Positions 9,640 through 19,304 of a stretch of DNA of 51,760 nucleotides are shown here, one piece after another. This DNA is from a virus. Lineage: Duplodnaviria > Heunggongvirae > Uroviricota > Caudoviricetes. Below the pieces are notes generated by a model. The model saw only the letters and a program-made list of their open reading frames with translations. It was not told the origin of the DNA and searched no databases. The stretch is from positions 64,001 to 115,760 of the IMG/VR virus record IMGVR_UViG_3300028920_001945. One strand, written 5' to 3'. The translations under genes were made by a program, and so were the position numbers. Positions within the stretch are counted from its first letter, which is position 1; every line of letters starts with the position of its first letter.

Positions 9640-10752
9640 ATGAGAAAAGATACCTGGTCAAAAAAAGAGATAGAAATACTTACGTATAATTGGGATATAA
9701 TAGAACCACATAATTTAAAGATATGGTCAAGTCTACTTCCTAATAGAACCTATGATGCAATAAAGAAAAAAGCTAGATTGTTAAATTTAAAAAGAGACCT
9801 CTCTAAGTTCTCCAAGAAAAAAGAATTTAAGTGCATTGAATGTGGAACTATATTTAATGGATATGGTAATAAGATTTTGTGTTCTAGAGAATGCACTGCT
9901 AAATATATGTCAAAAAATAGAGTAGGAGAAAAAAATCCATATTTCCATAATGATAAAGAAATAACAACTAAGTGTAAATCATGTGGGAAAGAATTTATAT
10001 GGACTTATTCTGGTCAACATAAGGATAATGATAGAATATTTTGTTCTAGAGAATGTGCTTCCAAGTACTATTCACAAGAAAATCATCCTAATTGGAAGGG
10101 TGGGATTCAACATTATCCATATAGTAATGAATTTAATAATAAATTAAAAAATGAAATAAGAGAAAGAGATAATAATTCTTGTAGATTGTGTGGTGATTAT
10201 AATCAATTATGTATTCATCATATTGACTACAATAAAGAAAATTCAGATAAAGATAATTTGATAACATTGTGTAGGTCATGTCATAGCAAAACTAATTTTA
10301 ACAGAAATTTTTGGGAAAATACTTTGACATTTCTTACAACACTCCATCAAGTAGTAGTAAAAACATGGGGATTTGAATTCATACCAATTAATGATGATGA
10401 CTACTGTCTAAAGGCATTAGTATTTTGGAAAGGAAAATCATTTTCTAATCACTATCATAAGATTAAAAAAGAAAGTTGGTACGTGCTAGAGGGAAAGATG
10501 GTTGCAAAATTAACGTATCCAAATGGGGATATTGAAGAATTTATATTTAAAAAAGGAGATGTATTAGATATTGGACAAGGATTATGTCATATACTAACTG
10601 CAATAGATAATACAATATTAATAGAGATTTCAACACATCATGAAGATAGTGATAGTTATAGAGTAGTTACAGGTGGAAAAGTTGAAAGATTCTATGGAAA
10701 CAAAAGAATAAAAATGGGTAAATATATATGGAAGAAAAACGTAATTATATAG
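9640..10752 (+). CDS. HNH homing endonuclease fused to a complete C-terminal cupin domain
   Basis: CxxC zinc repeats, ENHPNWKGG, RERDNNSCRLCG..IHHIDY..NLITLCRSCH; from about nt 10351 KTWGFE..YC..NHYHKIKKESWYV..H..EIST cupin. Confidence 0.85.
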   Translation: MRKDTWSKKEIEILTYNWDIIEPHNLKIWSSLLPNRTYDAIKKKARLLNLKRDLSKFSKKKEFKCIECGTIFNGYGNKILCSRECTAKYMSKNRVGEKNPYFHNDKEITTKCKSCGKEFIWTYSGQHKDNDRIFCSRECASKYYSQENHPNWKGGIQHYPYSNEFNNKLKNEIRERDNNSCRLCGDYNQLCIHHIDYNKENSDKDNLITLCRSCHSKTNFNRNFWENTLTFLTTLHQVVVKTWGFEFIPINDDDYCLKALVFWKGKSFSNHYHKIKKESWYVLEGKMVAKLTYPNGDIEEFIFKKGDVLDIGQGLCHILTAIDNTILIEISTHHEDSDSYRVVTGGKVERFYGNKRIKMGKYIWKKNVII

Positions 10753-11327
10753 TAAAAAATCCAATAACAAATAAGAAAAGTGCAGATAAGATATTATCAG
10801 AAGTAGATGGTATATTTAAGGATATTGATTTAGAATATTTTTTATTATTTGGAACAGTTCTTGGTTTTTATAGAGATAATGGATATATAATTGGAGATGA
10901 TGATATAGATATAGGAATTAAAATATATAATTCAGAATATATAAAAAAAATAATATTCTCATTTATGCAACATGGTTTTCAATTAATACAAGCAAGAGGT
11001 TTTGATCCACTAAATTTATTTAAATATGGAATGGATAATACAAGATGGTTAACAATGCAAATGCATTTATTGATATCAGCTAGAGGAATGGTTTTTTTAT
11101 CATTCTTTAAGAAGGGTACAAAGATAGATCTATTTTTTTGTTATAAGGATGATAAAGTTAATAGATATATAGTAGGAGATAAAAGATCTACTCCAATAAA
11201 ATATCTAGAAAATTTTGAAGATTTAGAATATAATGGTATAAAATTTAAAGTACCAAGTCCAGTAGAAGACTATCTAAGATCCATGTATGGAGAAGATTGG
11301 AATATTCCTCTAAGGAAAAATAAATGA
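10728..11327 (+). CDS. licD: LicD/fukutin-family nucleotidyltransferase-fold phosphotransferase
   Basis: YFLLFGTVLGFYRDNGYI.GDDDIDIG and VPSPVEDYLRSMYGEDW. Confidence 0.88.
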   Translation: MEEKRNYIVKNPITNKKSADKILSEVDGIFKDIDLEYFLLFGTVLGFYRDNGYIIGDDDIDIGIKIYNSEYIKKIIFSFMQHGFQLIQARGFDPLNLFKYGMDNTRWLTMQMHLLISARGMVFLSFFKKGTKIDLFFCYKDDKVNRYIVGDKRSTPIKYLENFEDLEYNGIKFKVPSPVEDYLRSMYGEDWNIPLRKNK

Positions 11328-12214
11328 ATATAGGATATTGTTTACAAGGACAGCCTCTATCTCAAACTGCTATCCAATTAGAGATGAAGGAATTATCTAG
11401 TAGAGGACATCAAGTTGATGTTATAGATATAGAAAAGCCTTTAAATGGAAAAATTATAAAGAATTGTGATTTTATTATGTGTCACTTTGCCTATCAAGGT
11501 ATTTGGGCAAAGCGATGGGGAATACCATATGCAGTATATCCACATGCATATGACATATGGAAGGACAACGGATATGCATTACATAATGCTATATCTAGTA
11601 AAAACTGCAAGTGGGTGGCATGTGAATCTAAATTCCATAAACAGAAATTTGAGGAATGGGAAATAGAGAAGCCTCTACATCTTGTATATGGAGCTATAGA
11701 TGTAGATTTCTTTAAGAGAAAGAGTAAAAAGTTAGGAGATAAGGTAGTTGCAGGTGGAAGATTAAAACCAAAGAAAGGTCTAGAATATGCTGTTATGGGA
11801 TATCACAATATTCATATCTTCGGTAAAGGACAAGATATGTTAGATAAATTAAAATCCATAAATCCAAACCTCACTTACCATGGAGTAATTAGTAAGGAAG
11901 AGTACAGAGATTTATTAGAAGATGCTAGATTATTTGTAAGTCCAAATATTATAGCAAAGGATGGAGATATGGATGGAATACCCGCTACAATAATGGAAGC
12001 TTTACTCATGGAATTACAAGTATTAACAACACCAATATCTGGAATACCAGAACTTTCTCCTCATGTTATATTAGAAGAACCAGAAACAATAGCTAGTGGA
12101 CAGGTAACAATACCAAATAAAAGAAATATTAAGGGTAGAGATTACATAAGAAAAAATAATAGTCCAAAAGTTGTTGTTGATAGAATAATGGATGGTATAG
12201 AGAGATACGTATGA
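11324..12214 (+). CDS. GT4-family glycosyltransferase
   Basis: HAYDIW, GRLKPKKG, DGDMDGIPATIMEAL, TTPISGIPEL. Confidence 0.9.
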   Translation: MNIGYCLQGQPLSQTAIQLEMKELSSRGHQVDVIDIEKPLNGKIIKNCDFIMCHFAYQGIWAKRWGIPYAVYPHAYDIWKDNGYALHNAISSKNCKWVACESKFHKQKFEEWEIEKPLHLVYGAIDVDFFKRKSKKLGDKVVAGGRLKPKKGLEYAVMGYHNIHIFGKGQDMLDKLKSINPNLTYHGVISKEEYRDLLEDARLFVSPNIIAKDGDMDGIPATIMEALLMELQVLTTPISGIPELSPHVILEEPETIASGQVTIPNKRNIKGRDYIRKNNSPKVVVDRIMDGIERYV

Positions 12215-13038
12215 TAGTTATAACCATAGATGGAGTGAACTATGAAACTGCTACAAATCTATTGTCAGATTTATTTAAAGTTCAATCCATGACAAAAATT
12301 AGATGTGATGTAAGACCTTGGTCAGATAGTCCAGATAAAGGACAACCTACTATGTTGGGTTTATGTTGCATGTGGACTGGAGAAAGAATAAGAAATTTTG
12401 ATAGAAACATGCATGCTAGAGTTAATCCTAAATATAATGAGAATTGGGAATTAAATTTTATAAATAAAAAGGGTGAACCATTAGATTTGATATTTGATCA
12501 TTTTGATAATACTAAACTATTTATTACCCAACAAGGTGCAAATCCTTATTATAATAATGAGCAGTATTTTAAACATTTTGTTAATATAAGAAATACTACT
12601 TTATTACCATCCGAAGAACTTAGTATATTTCCAGAATTCTATAATAAAGATTATGATTTATTGTGGATACATTCTGGTATAGTTAAGATGGGAGTATTTC
12701 AACATGGTCCCTATGAGCAGGGTAGGATGCCAGCTTGCATACCCTTTGATGAAATTAGAAAGAATAGAGAACTAAAGAGAAAGGTACATTATTTTGCAGT
12801 TAATAGATATAAATTTGTCATCCAGTATTGTTTTGAACCATATACTGATGATATAATAGTTATAAGTTCTGATCACGGTTCAGGATTAAATGATTTCTTC
12901 GATCCCAAGGAAGTAGATGAAATATTTGTTATAGTCAATAGAGATGTTGATCTATCAGATATTAAATATCAATGGGATATGAAGAAACTTCTATTAAGAT
13001 TAAAGGAAATGGAAGATAAAGAGAAATGCAAACAATAA
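12211..13038 (+). CDS. Alkaline phosphatase superfamily protein (NPP/phosphodiesterase-like)
   Basis: ITIDG at N-terminus, T-x8-TG nucleophile spacing (TMLGLCCMWTG), ISSDHG. Confidence 0.7.
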   Translation: MIVITIDGVNYETATNLLSDLFKVQSMTKIRCDVRPWSDSPDKGQPTMLGLCCMWTGERIRNFDRNMHARVNPKYNENWELNFINKKGEPLDLIFDHFDNTKLFITQQGANPYYNNEQYFKHFVNIRNTTLLPSEELSIFPEFYNKDYDLLWIHSGIVKMGVFQHGPYEQGRMPACIPFDEIRKNRELKRKVHYFAVNRYKFVIQYCFEPYTDDIIVISSDHGSGLNDFFDPKEVDEIFVIVNRDVDLSDIKYQWDMKKLLLRLKEMEDKEKCKQ

Positions 13039-13769
13039 TACTAGCAGGTGGCTGGGGAACACGTCTAGGAAAGAATTTTGAAGATATCCCTAAACCAATG
13101 GTAAAAATAGGAGATAAACCAATTCTATGGCACATTATGAAAACATATTCTTATTATGGTTATAATGATTTCATAATCTGTCTAGGGGTTAAGGGAGATT
13201 TTATAAAGGACTATTTTTTTCATTACAATCTATATAATTCAGATGATGTTACAATCTATACACACTATGATCACTCAATTCCAGAACAAATAGAAAATTG
13301 GAAGGTTAAATTATGCAATACTGGTATTGATACTCCAAAGGGTGGAAGAATAAAAAAAATAGAAAAATATTTAGATGATATAAATATGATAACTTATGGA
13401 GATTCTCTTTGTGATGTAGATATAAATAAATTAATTGAATTCCATAAAGCTAATGGTAAAATGGTTACTCTTACAGCTGTTCATCCTCCAGCAAGATTTG
13501 GAGAAATAGTTGATAATAAATTCTCAGAAAAACCTCAGACATCTTCAGGATATATAAATGGAGGATATATGGTATTTAACAAAGAACTATTAAACTTTTT
13601 AGATGAAAATTCTGAATTTGAAAGTGATATATTAGAGAAGTTATCTAAGAGAGATGAACTAATGATATATCAACATGAAGGGAAGTGGGAATGCATGGAT
13701 CATGAAAGAGATGTAACCCATTTAAATAAATTATGGAATGAAGATAAAGCATTCTGGAAGTCATGGTGA
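13026..13769 (+). CDS. rfbF: Glucose-1-phosphate cytidylyltransferase
   Basis: IILAGGWGTRL, PKPMVKIGDKPILWHIMK, TGIDTPKGGRIK, HEGKWECMD. Confidence 0.95.
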   Translation: MQTIILAGGWGTRLGKNFEDIPKPMVKIGDKPILWHIMKTYSYYGYNDFIICLGVKGDFIKDYFFHYNLYNSDDVTIYTHYDHSIPEQIENWKVKLCNTGIDTPKGGRIKKIEKYLDDINMITYGDSLCDVDINKLIEFHKANGKMVTLTAVHPPARFGEIVDNKFSEKPQTSSGYINGGYMVFNKELLNFLDENSEFESDILEKLSKRDELMIYQHEGKWECMDHERDVTHLNKLWNEDKAFWKSW

Positions 13770-14809
13770 TGGACAATATATTTAAAGATAAACTAGTATT
13801 AGTTACAGGACACACTGGATTTAAGGGTTCATGGTTATCCATATGGTTAAATGAACTTGGTGCCAATGTGATAGGATATGGCCTAGAACCATATACTGAT
13901 AGAGATAATTTCGTTGTAACTGATTTAGATAGTAGAATAACTAGTGTAATAGGAGATATTCGAGATTATGATAAATTAAGGGATACCTTTGAAGCATATA
14001 AGCCTGAAATAGTATTCCATTTAGCGGCACAATCATTAGTATTACCTTCCTATGAAAAGCCAAAGGAGACATTTGATGTTAATATAGGAGGGACAGTAAA
14101 TGTCTTCGAGGCTATTCGTGAGATAGGTGGTGTTAAGGCTATAGTTAATATAACTAGTGATAAGTGCTATGAGAATAAGGAATGGATATGGGGATATAGA
14201 GAGAATGACCGTATGGGAGGATTAGACCCATATAGTTGTAGTAAGGGATGCTCTGAATTAATAACTAATTCCTATAGAAATTCTTTTTTTAATGATATAC
14301 CTCTCTCTTCTGTAAGAGCAGGAAATGTTATAGGGGGAGGAGATTGGAATCAGAATAGGATAATACCTGATTGTATACGTTTTTTAGAGAATAATAAGGA
14401 TATAGAGGTTAGAAATCCACAAGCCACAAGACCTTGGCAATTTGTTTTAGAACCCTTGTATGGTTATTTACTTCTAGCATCTAAGATGTATAAGAATAAA
14501 AATAGATATACAGGTGCATGGAACTTTGGCCCAGATCCAAATAACTCTTTATCAGTAGAAGATCTAGTTAATAAGGTAATACATTATTGGGGCTCAGGAA
14601 ACTGGAAACAACCCTTCTATGAAGATAAGCTCCATGAAGCCATGAATTTGAATCTTGATATAAATAAGGCAATTAATTATTTAGGATGGAAACCAGTGAT
14701 GAATATAGAAGATACCATAAGAGAAACAGTGGCATGGTATAAAAATCCAGATGTAGATTATCAATTTGATGTTGATCAGATAAAATATTATGATAGACTT
14801 AAAAAATAA
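13763..14809 (+). CDS. rfbG: CDP-glucose 4,6-dehydratase
   Basis: VTGHTGFKGSWL, FHLAAQSLV, TSDKCYEN, DPYSCSK, RAGNVIGGGDW, TRPWQFVLEPL. Confidence 0.96.
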   Translation: MVMDNIFKDKLVLVTGHTGFKGSWLSIWLNELGANVIGYGLEPYTDRDNFVVTDLDSRITSVIGDIRDYDKLRDTFEAYKPEIVFHLAAQSLVLPSYEKPKETFDVNIGGTVNVFEAIREIGGVKAIVNITSDKCYENKEWIWGYRENDRMGGLDPYSCSKGCSELITNSYRNSFFNDIPLSSVRAGNVIGGGDWNQNRIIPDCIRFLENNKDIEVRNPQATRPWQFVLEPLYGYLLLASKMYKNKNRYTGAWNFGPDPNNSLSVEDLVNKVIHYWGSGNWKQPFYEDKLHEAMNLNLDINKAINYLGWKPVMNIEDTIRETVAWYKNPDVDYQFDVDQIKYYDRLKK

Positions 14810-15734
14810 AACCATCTTAATTACGGGAGGTACAGGATTTATAGGTTCTCATCTAGTAAATAAGTTAGTTTCAATGGGTTGTGATATTACTCTAATAGAA
14901 AGAAATATTAAAAATCTATGGAGGCTAGATGATAAAAATTCAGTTATGATATATAACATTAATCCAATGGACTACGAAGAAGTAAGAAATGTAATCAATA
15001 AAATAAGACCAGATATAATATTCCATCTATTAGCTAATGTTAATCTAGATAGAGATATAAACAATATAGAAGATCAATTTTATAATTTCATGATTACTAA
15101 AAACATACTCACTGCCTTAGATAATATAGATTATGAATTATTCATAAATACTGGAACTTGTGAGGAATATGGAGATATTCAAGCTCCATTCCATGAGTAT
15201 GATAGAGAAAGTCCAGTCTCTCCTTATTCACTTTCAAAGGTATCCATTACTTATATGTGTGATATGATGAGAAGAATATATAATAAGCCCATAATTACTG
15301 TAAGACCATTCTTAACATATGGACCAAAGCATGTTAATGATATGCTGATACCTAGTTTAATAAGAGCTGGAGTAACTGAAGATTCCAATATAAAATTAAC
15401 TCCAGGAGAACAGACAAGAGATTTAATCTATGTTGAGGATGTAGTGGATGCTTATATACAGTTAGCTGAGAATGCAGAGAAGATTAAAGATAAGGGAATA
15501 TTTAACATCGGTAGTGGAAAAGAAATTAGAATAGATGAAATAGTTGAAATAATAGAATCAAAATTAAATACAAAATTTAATGTCAATAAAAAATATTATA
15601 GAAAGGGAGAAAATAAACACTTTTACTGTTCTATAGAAAAAATAAAAAAAGAGATTAATTGGAATCCTAAATGGAATCTAAGTAATGGATTAGATGAAAC
15701 AATAAGATGGTGGAGAGAATATGAAGAGAGATGA
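14790..15734 (+). CDS. NAD-dependent epimerase/reductase (candidate CDP-3,6-dideoxyhexose synthase, RfbJ/RfbS-like)
   Basis: ITGGTGFIGSHL, SPYSLSK (YxxxK), RPFLTYGP, QTRDLIYVED; lies between rfbG and rfbH. Confidence 0.8.
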   Translation: MIDLKNKTILITGGTGFIGSHLVNKLVSMGCDITLIERNIKNLWRLDDKNSVMIYNINPMDYEEVRNVINKIRPDIIFHLLANVNLDRDINNIEDQFYNFMITKNILTALDNIDYELFINTGTCEEYGDIQAPFHEYDRESPVSPYSLSKVSITYMCDMMRRIYNKPIITVRPFLTYGPKHVNDMLIPSLIRAGVTEDSNIKLTPGEQTRDLIYVEDVVDAYIQLAENAEKIKDKGIFNIGSGKEIRIDEIVEIIESKLNTKFNVNKKYYRKGENKHFYCSIEKIKKEINWNPKWNLSNGLDETIRWWREYEER

Positions 15735-16941
15735 CCTAATACATTATTCAGGTAAGATCTATGATGACCACGAGATTTCTAATCTTATGGATGCCTGCAA
15801 GGAATTCTGGTTAACTGAGGGTAAATATACAAAACAATTTGAGAAAGGACTAGCTGATTATCTAGGAGCCTATAAATGTATTGTAACTAATTCTGGTTCA
15901 TCAGCCAATCTATTAGCCGTATCAGCTTTAAGCTCCCATAAATTAGGAGATAGAAGATTAATTCCAGGTGATGAAATTATAACGGTAGCAGCAGGATTTC
16001 CAACTACGGTGGCTCCAATAGTACAAAATAGTTATATACCAGTCTTTGTTGATGTAGAACTTGATACTTATAATATAGATTGCTCTAAGATAGAGGATGC
16101 TATATCTAATAGAACTAAAGCAATCATTATAGCCCATACAATGGGTAACCCATTTAATCTAGAGAAGGTTAAGGAGATATGCAATAAATATAATCTCTGG
16201 TTAATAGAGGATAATTGTGATGCACTAGGCTCTAAGTATAATGATAAATTTACTGGAACATTTGGAGATCTAGGAACATGCTCATTCTTCCCAGCTCATC
16301 ACATAACAACTGGAGAAGGTGGAGCAGTTATAGTTAACAACAAAGAATTATATAGTATAGTTAAATCCTTTAAGAACTGGGGAAGAGATTGCATATGTGA
16401 ACCTGGAAAGGATAATACTTGTGGAAAAAGATTCTCCAAGCAAATGGGAACTCTTCCATATGGATATGACCATAAATATATATATTCTCATCTAGGATAT
16501 AATCTTAAGATGACTGACATGCAAGCTGCAATAGGATGTGCTCAGTTAGAAAAGTTAAAGAAATTTAATGAGATACGTAGAAGAAATTACAAATTATTAT
16601 ATGAAGGACTAAAACCATTAGAGGATAAGCTAATATTACCTAAACCTCAAGATAATTCAGATCCTAGTTGGTTTGCTTTTGTAATAACGGTAAGAGATGG
16701 AATTAATAGAAATGAATTAGCTAAGTATCTAGAAGACTCCAATATACAGACTAGATTTTTATTTGCTGGCAATATAACTAGGCATCCAGCATTAGATAAT
16801 GTGAAATATCGAATATCAGGAGATTTAGTTAATTCTGATAGAGTTATGAATGATACATTCCTTATAGGAGTATACCCAGGAATAACAGAAGATATGGTAT
16901 GTTATATGATAGAAAAAATTAAGGAATATTTTTATGAATAA
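15721..16941 (+). CDS. rfbH: CDP-4-keto-6-deoxyglucose 3-dehydratase (E1)
   Basis: NSGSSANLLA, EDNCDALGS, SFFPAHHITTGEGG (His in place of the Lys of aminotransferases), WGRDC.C..G.DNTCG, YDHKYIYSHLGYNLK. Confidence 0.95.
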   Translation: MKRDDLIHYSGKIYDDHEISNLMDACKEFWLTEGKYTKQFEKGLADYLGAYKCIVTNSGSSANLLAVSALSSHKLGDRRLIPGDEIITVAAGFPTTVAPIVQNSYIPVFVDVELDTYNIDCSKIEDAISNRTKAIIIAHTMGNPFNLEKVKEICNKYNLWLIEDNCDALGSKYNDKFTGTFGDLGTCSFFPAHHITTGEGGAVIVNNKELYSIVKSFKNWGRDCICEPGKDNTCGKRFSKQMGTLPYGYDHKYIYSHLGYNLKMTDMQAAIGCAQLEKLKKFNEIRRRNYKLLYEGLKPLEDKLILPKPQDNSDPSWFAFVITVRDGINRNELAKYLEDSNIQTRFLFAGNITRHPALDNVKYRISGDLVNSDRVMNDTFLIGVYPGITEDMVCYMIEKIKEYFYE

Positions 16942-18847
16942 ACCCACAATAGGAATAATAGGATTTGGAATGGTTGGAAGAGCTATTCAATATGGATTTG
17001 CTCAAACAGCTGATTTTAGAATATATGATATAGATCCAACTATATCAGAAAATACATTCAAAGAAACCATAGAAGAGAGTGATTTTATATTTATATGTGT
17101 ACCTACACCAGCTGATTATAAGACAGGTGAATGTGATACTAGTATATTAGAGGAAACTATAGAGAAGTCAAGAGAATATATGACTCCTAAAAAAATAATA
17201 ATAATTAAATCCACTATTCCCCCTGGAACAACAAAAAATATAAAAGAACGAATACCTCATTTAAGGATAGTATTTAATCCAGAATTCTTAACTGCTAGAA
17301 CTTCTAGACTAGATTTCATAAACACATCTAGAATAGTCTTAGGTGGGGAAGCTGAAGATCTTTGTGAGATTGAAGGACTATATAGATTAAAATTTAAAAA
17401 TACTCCAATATACTGGACAGATTCAACTACTGCTGAAATGGTTAAGTATGCAGCAAATTGTTTCTTTGCTAGTAAGGTTTCACTATTTAACGAATATTTC
17501 GGGATATGCCGAAAGTTAGACATAGACTTTGATGAAATGATGAAGATGTTAATGGCTGATGGTAGAATAGGTAATTCTCATATTGATGTACCAGGACATG
17601 ATGGAGAGTTTGGATTTGGTGGGTTATGTTTAGTTAAAGGAACTAACATACTAACCATTAATGGTTTAAAGAAAATACAGGATATTAAAGTTGGAGATAT
17701 TCTTTATGATAATATAGATAAAACAGAAGTAACAAATGTATCCTCAAGAGTTGTAAATAAAACTATAAAGTTAAATGGAAGGGGAAGAACACTAGAAGGT
17801 AGTGAAGATCACATCCATTTTATATATAAAGATGGAAAACTAGAAGAGAAATTATTAAAAAATACAGATATTGGAGATTATATCTTCATACCAAAGTTAG
17901 ACTATCCTTCAAGTCAAACTGATATTGTTATAGTTGGAGATGCTCCAAATAAATATATGAAATATTGGCATAGATTGATAAAGAATAATAAGAAAATTGC
18001 AAGAATGATAGGACTATATCTTTCAGAAGGATGTTGTTTTGAAGAAAAGAAAGGAGTATTTACTACCACTTGGTATATAGGACAGAAAGATTCTTATCTC
18101 GCTGATGAATTAATTGACACATTAAAATCAATTGGTTTAAATCCATATAAATCCGAGCATAATTACGAAGGAACATTTGGAATGTCAAATACATATAAGA
18201 TAAGAGTTCGTTCTAGATGGTTATATGAATTTCTTAAAATTATAAAAGCTGGACATAATTGTTATGATAAAAATATCTCTGTAGAATTTATCCCAGAATC
18301 AGCTAAATATATAATTGGTGGTTGGTTAGATGGAGATGGGAATATATATAAAGGAACAATTGAAGGTTATTCTGAAAGTAAAGATTTAATATCATCAATA
18401 GATACAATGTTACTTAATTTGGGAATTAACTCCAGTATAGCAAAGGATGGACATTGTATAAGAATATCTATGAAAGAAGATGTTAAAGAAGTTTGTTCAT
18501 GGACTGCTAGATTAAAATTCAATGAAGAAAATTATAAAAGAAAAATATCATACAAATCACCAAATATGAGAAAAGTAAGTGGTGGATGGATTATACCAAT
18601 AAAAGAAATAGAAGTTATAGAAGATAAACAAAAGGTATATACTATAGAAACATCTTCTCATAGATATATAGCCAATACTATGTTAACTCATAATTGCTTT
18701 CCAAAGGATTTAAGAGGTATGATACATAGAGCTAAAGAACTTGGAGTTGACCCTAAAGTGTTGGAAGCTGTTTGGAAAAAGAATTTAGAAGTGAGAAAAA
18801 AAAGAGATTGGGAAAGTATCGATGGTGCAGTCTCAAATAAAGCCTAA
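16934..18847 (+). CDS. ugd: UDP-glucose/GDP-mannose 6-dehydrogenase family protein with intein (281 aa after splicing)
   Basis: GFGMVG, ICVPTP, KSTIPPG, FNPEFL, EMVKYAANCFFASK, DGRIG, GFGGL[intein]CFPKD. Confidence 0.93.
   Translation: MNKPTIGIIGFGMVGRAIQYGFAQTADFRIYDIDPTISENTFKETIEESDFIFICVPTPADYKTGECDTSILEETIEKSREYMTPKKIIIIKSTIPPGTTKNIKERIPHLRIVFNPEFLTARTSRLDFINTSRIVLGGEAEDLCEIEGLYRLKFKNTPIYWTDSTTAEMVKYAANCFFASKVSLFNEYFGICRKLDIDFDEMMKMLMADGRIGNSHIDVPGHDGEFGFGGLCLVKGTNILTINGLKKIQDIKVGDILYDNIDKTEVTNVSSRVVNKTIKLNGRGRTLEGSEDHIHFIYKDGKLEEKLLKNTDIGDYIFIPKLDYPSSQTDIVIVGDAPNKYMKYWHRLIKNNKKIARMIGLYLSEGCCFEEKKGVFTTTWYIGQKDSYLADELIDTLKSIGLNPYKSEHNYEGTFGMSNTYKIRVRSRWLYEFLKIIKAGHNCYDKNISVEFIPESAKYIIGGWLDGDGNIYKGTIEGYSESKDLISSIDTMLLNLGINSSIAKDGHCIRISMKEDVKEVCSWTARLKFNEENYKRKISYKSPNMRKVSGGWIIPIKEIEVIEDKQKVYTIETSSHRYIANTMLTHNCFPKDLRGMIHRAKELGVDPKVLEAVWKKNLEVRKKRDWESIDGAVSNKA
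17627..18694 (+). mobile_element. Intein (356 aa) with LAGLIDADG homing endonuclease
   Basis: Starts CLVKGT, ends MLTHN followed by Cys; block B GSEDH; endonuclease motifs IGLYLSEG and IGGWLDGDG. Confidence 0.95.
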
Positions 18848-18944
18848 AAATCAATTTAAAGGCTATTTAGAGCCACGTAGAGCCACTTTAATCTATCATT
18901 AGTACCAATTACTATAAAATTCTGTTTTTGGTTATATAAGGCTG

Positions 18945-19304
18945 TTATGAGCCTTTAAACCATTTTTCTCTTTTGCCTCCATCATAAGGTCTAGCATAAC
19001 CTAGTCTTATAAGTTCATTATTAATATTTATATCATCATAGAATACATTAGCAAGATATCTACCATACTTTCCAGTTTTTTCAGTTTCAATTATCACTTC
19101 CTTACCTTCTATTAATTTTCTTATATAATCTCTTGCTTCATATGCTAATGCTTTTTCTTTTTTATTACTTGTCCTTATTTCTGGACTATCTATTCCTAAT
19201 AATCTAATTTTTTCTTTTAAATTTATATTAAATCCCAAATCTATTAATACTGTGTATGTATCAGAATCATAACAGCTTAAAATAGTTGCTTTATATTTAT
19301 ACAA
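18945..19304 (-). CDS. Thermonuclease (SNase-like) family protein
   Basis: YKATILSCYDSDT..IDLGF..IRLLGIDSPEIRT..GKYGRYLA; probable TTG start at 19304, 7 nt after GAGGTG. Confidence 0.9.
   Translation of the reverse strand: MYKYKATILSCYDSDTYTVLIDLGFNINLKEKIRLLGIDSPEIRTSNKKEKALAYEARDYIRKLIEGKEVIIETEKTGKYGRYLANVFYDDININNELIRLGYARPYDGGKREKWFKGS

Noticed and set aside
12211-13038. Formylglycine-dependent sulfatase paired with the sulfotransferase
   Set aside because: There is no CxPxR motif, and the nucleophile spacing matches NPP-type Thr enzymes instead.
15721-16941. DegT/DnrJ aminotransferase (amino-sugar synthesis)
   Set aside because: His replaces the Schiff-base Lys (PAHHIT) and the Cys-rich Fe-S motif is present, both diagnostic of RfbH/E1.
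18855-18900. Resemblance of TTAGAGCCACGT to the pistol ribozyme core
   Set aside because: The complementary CGTGG P1 strand and the pseudoknot partner are absent.
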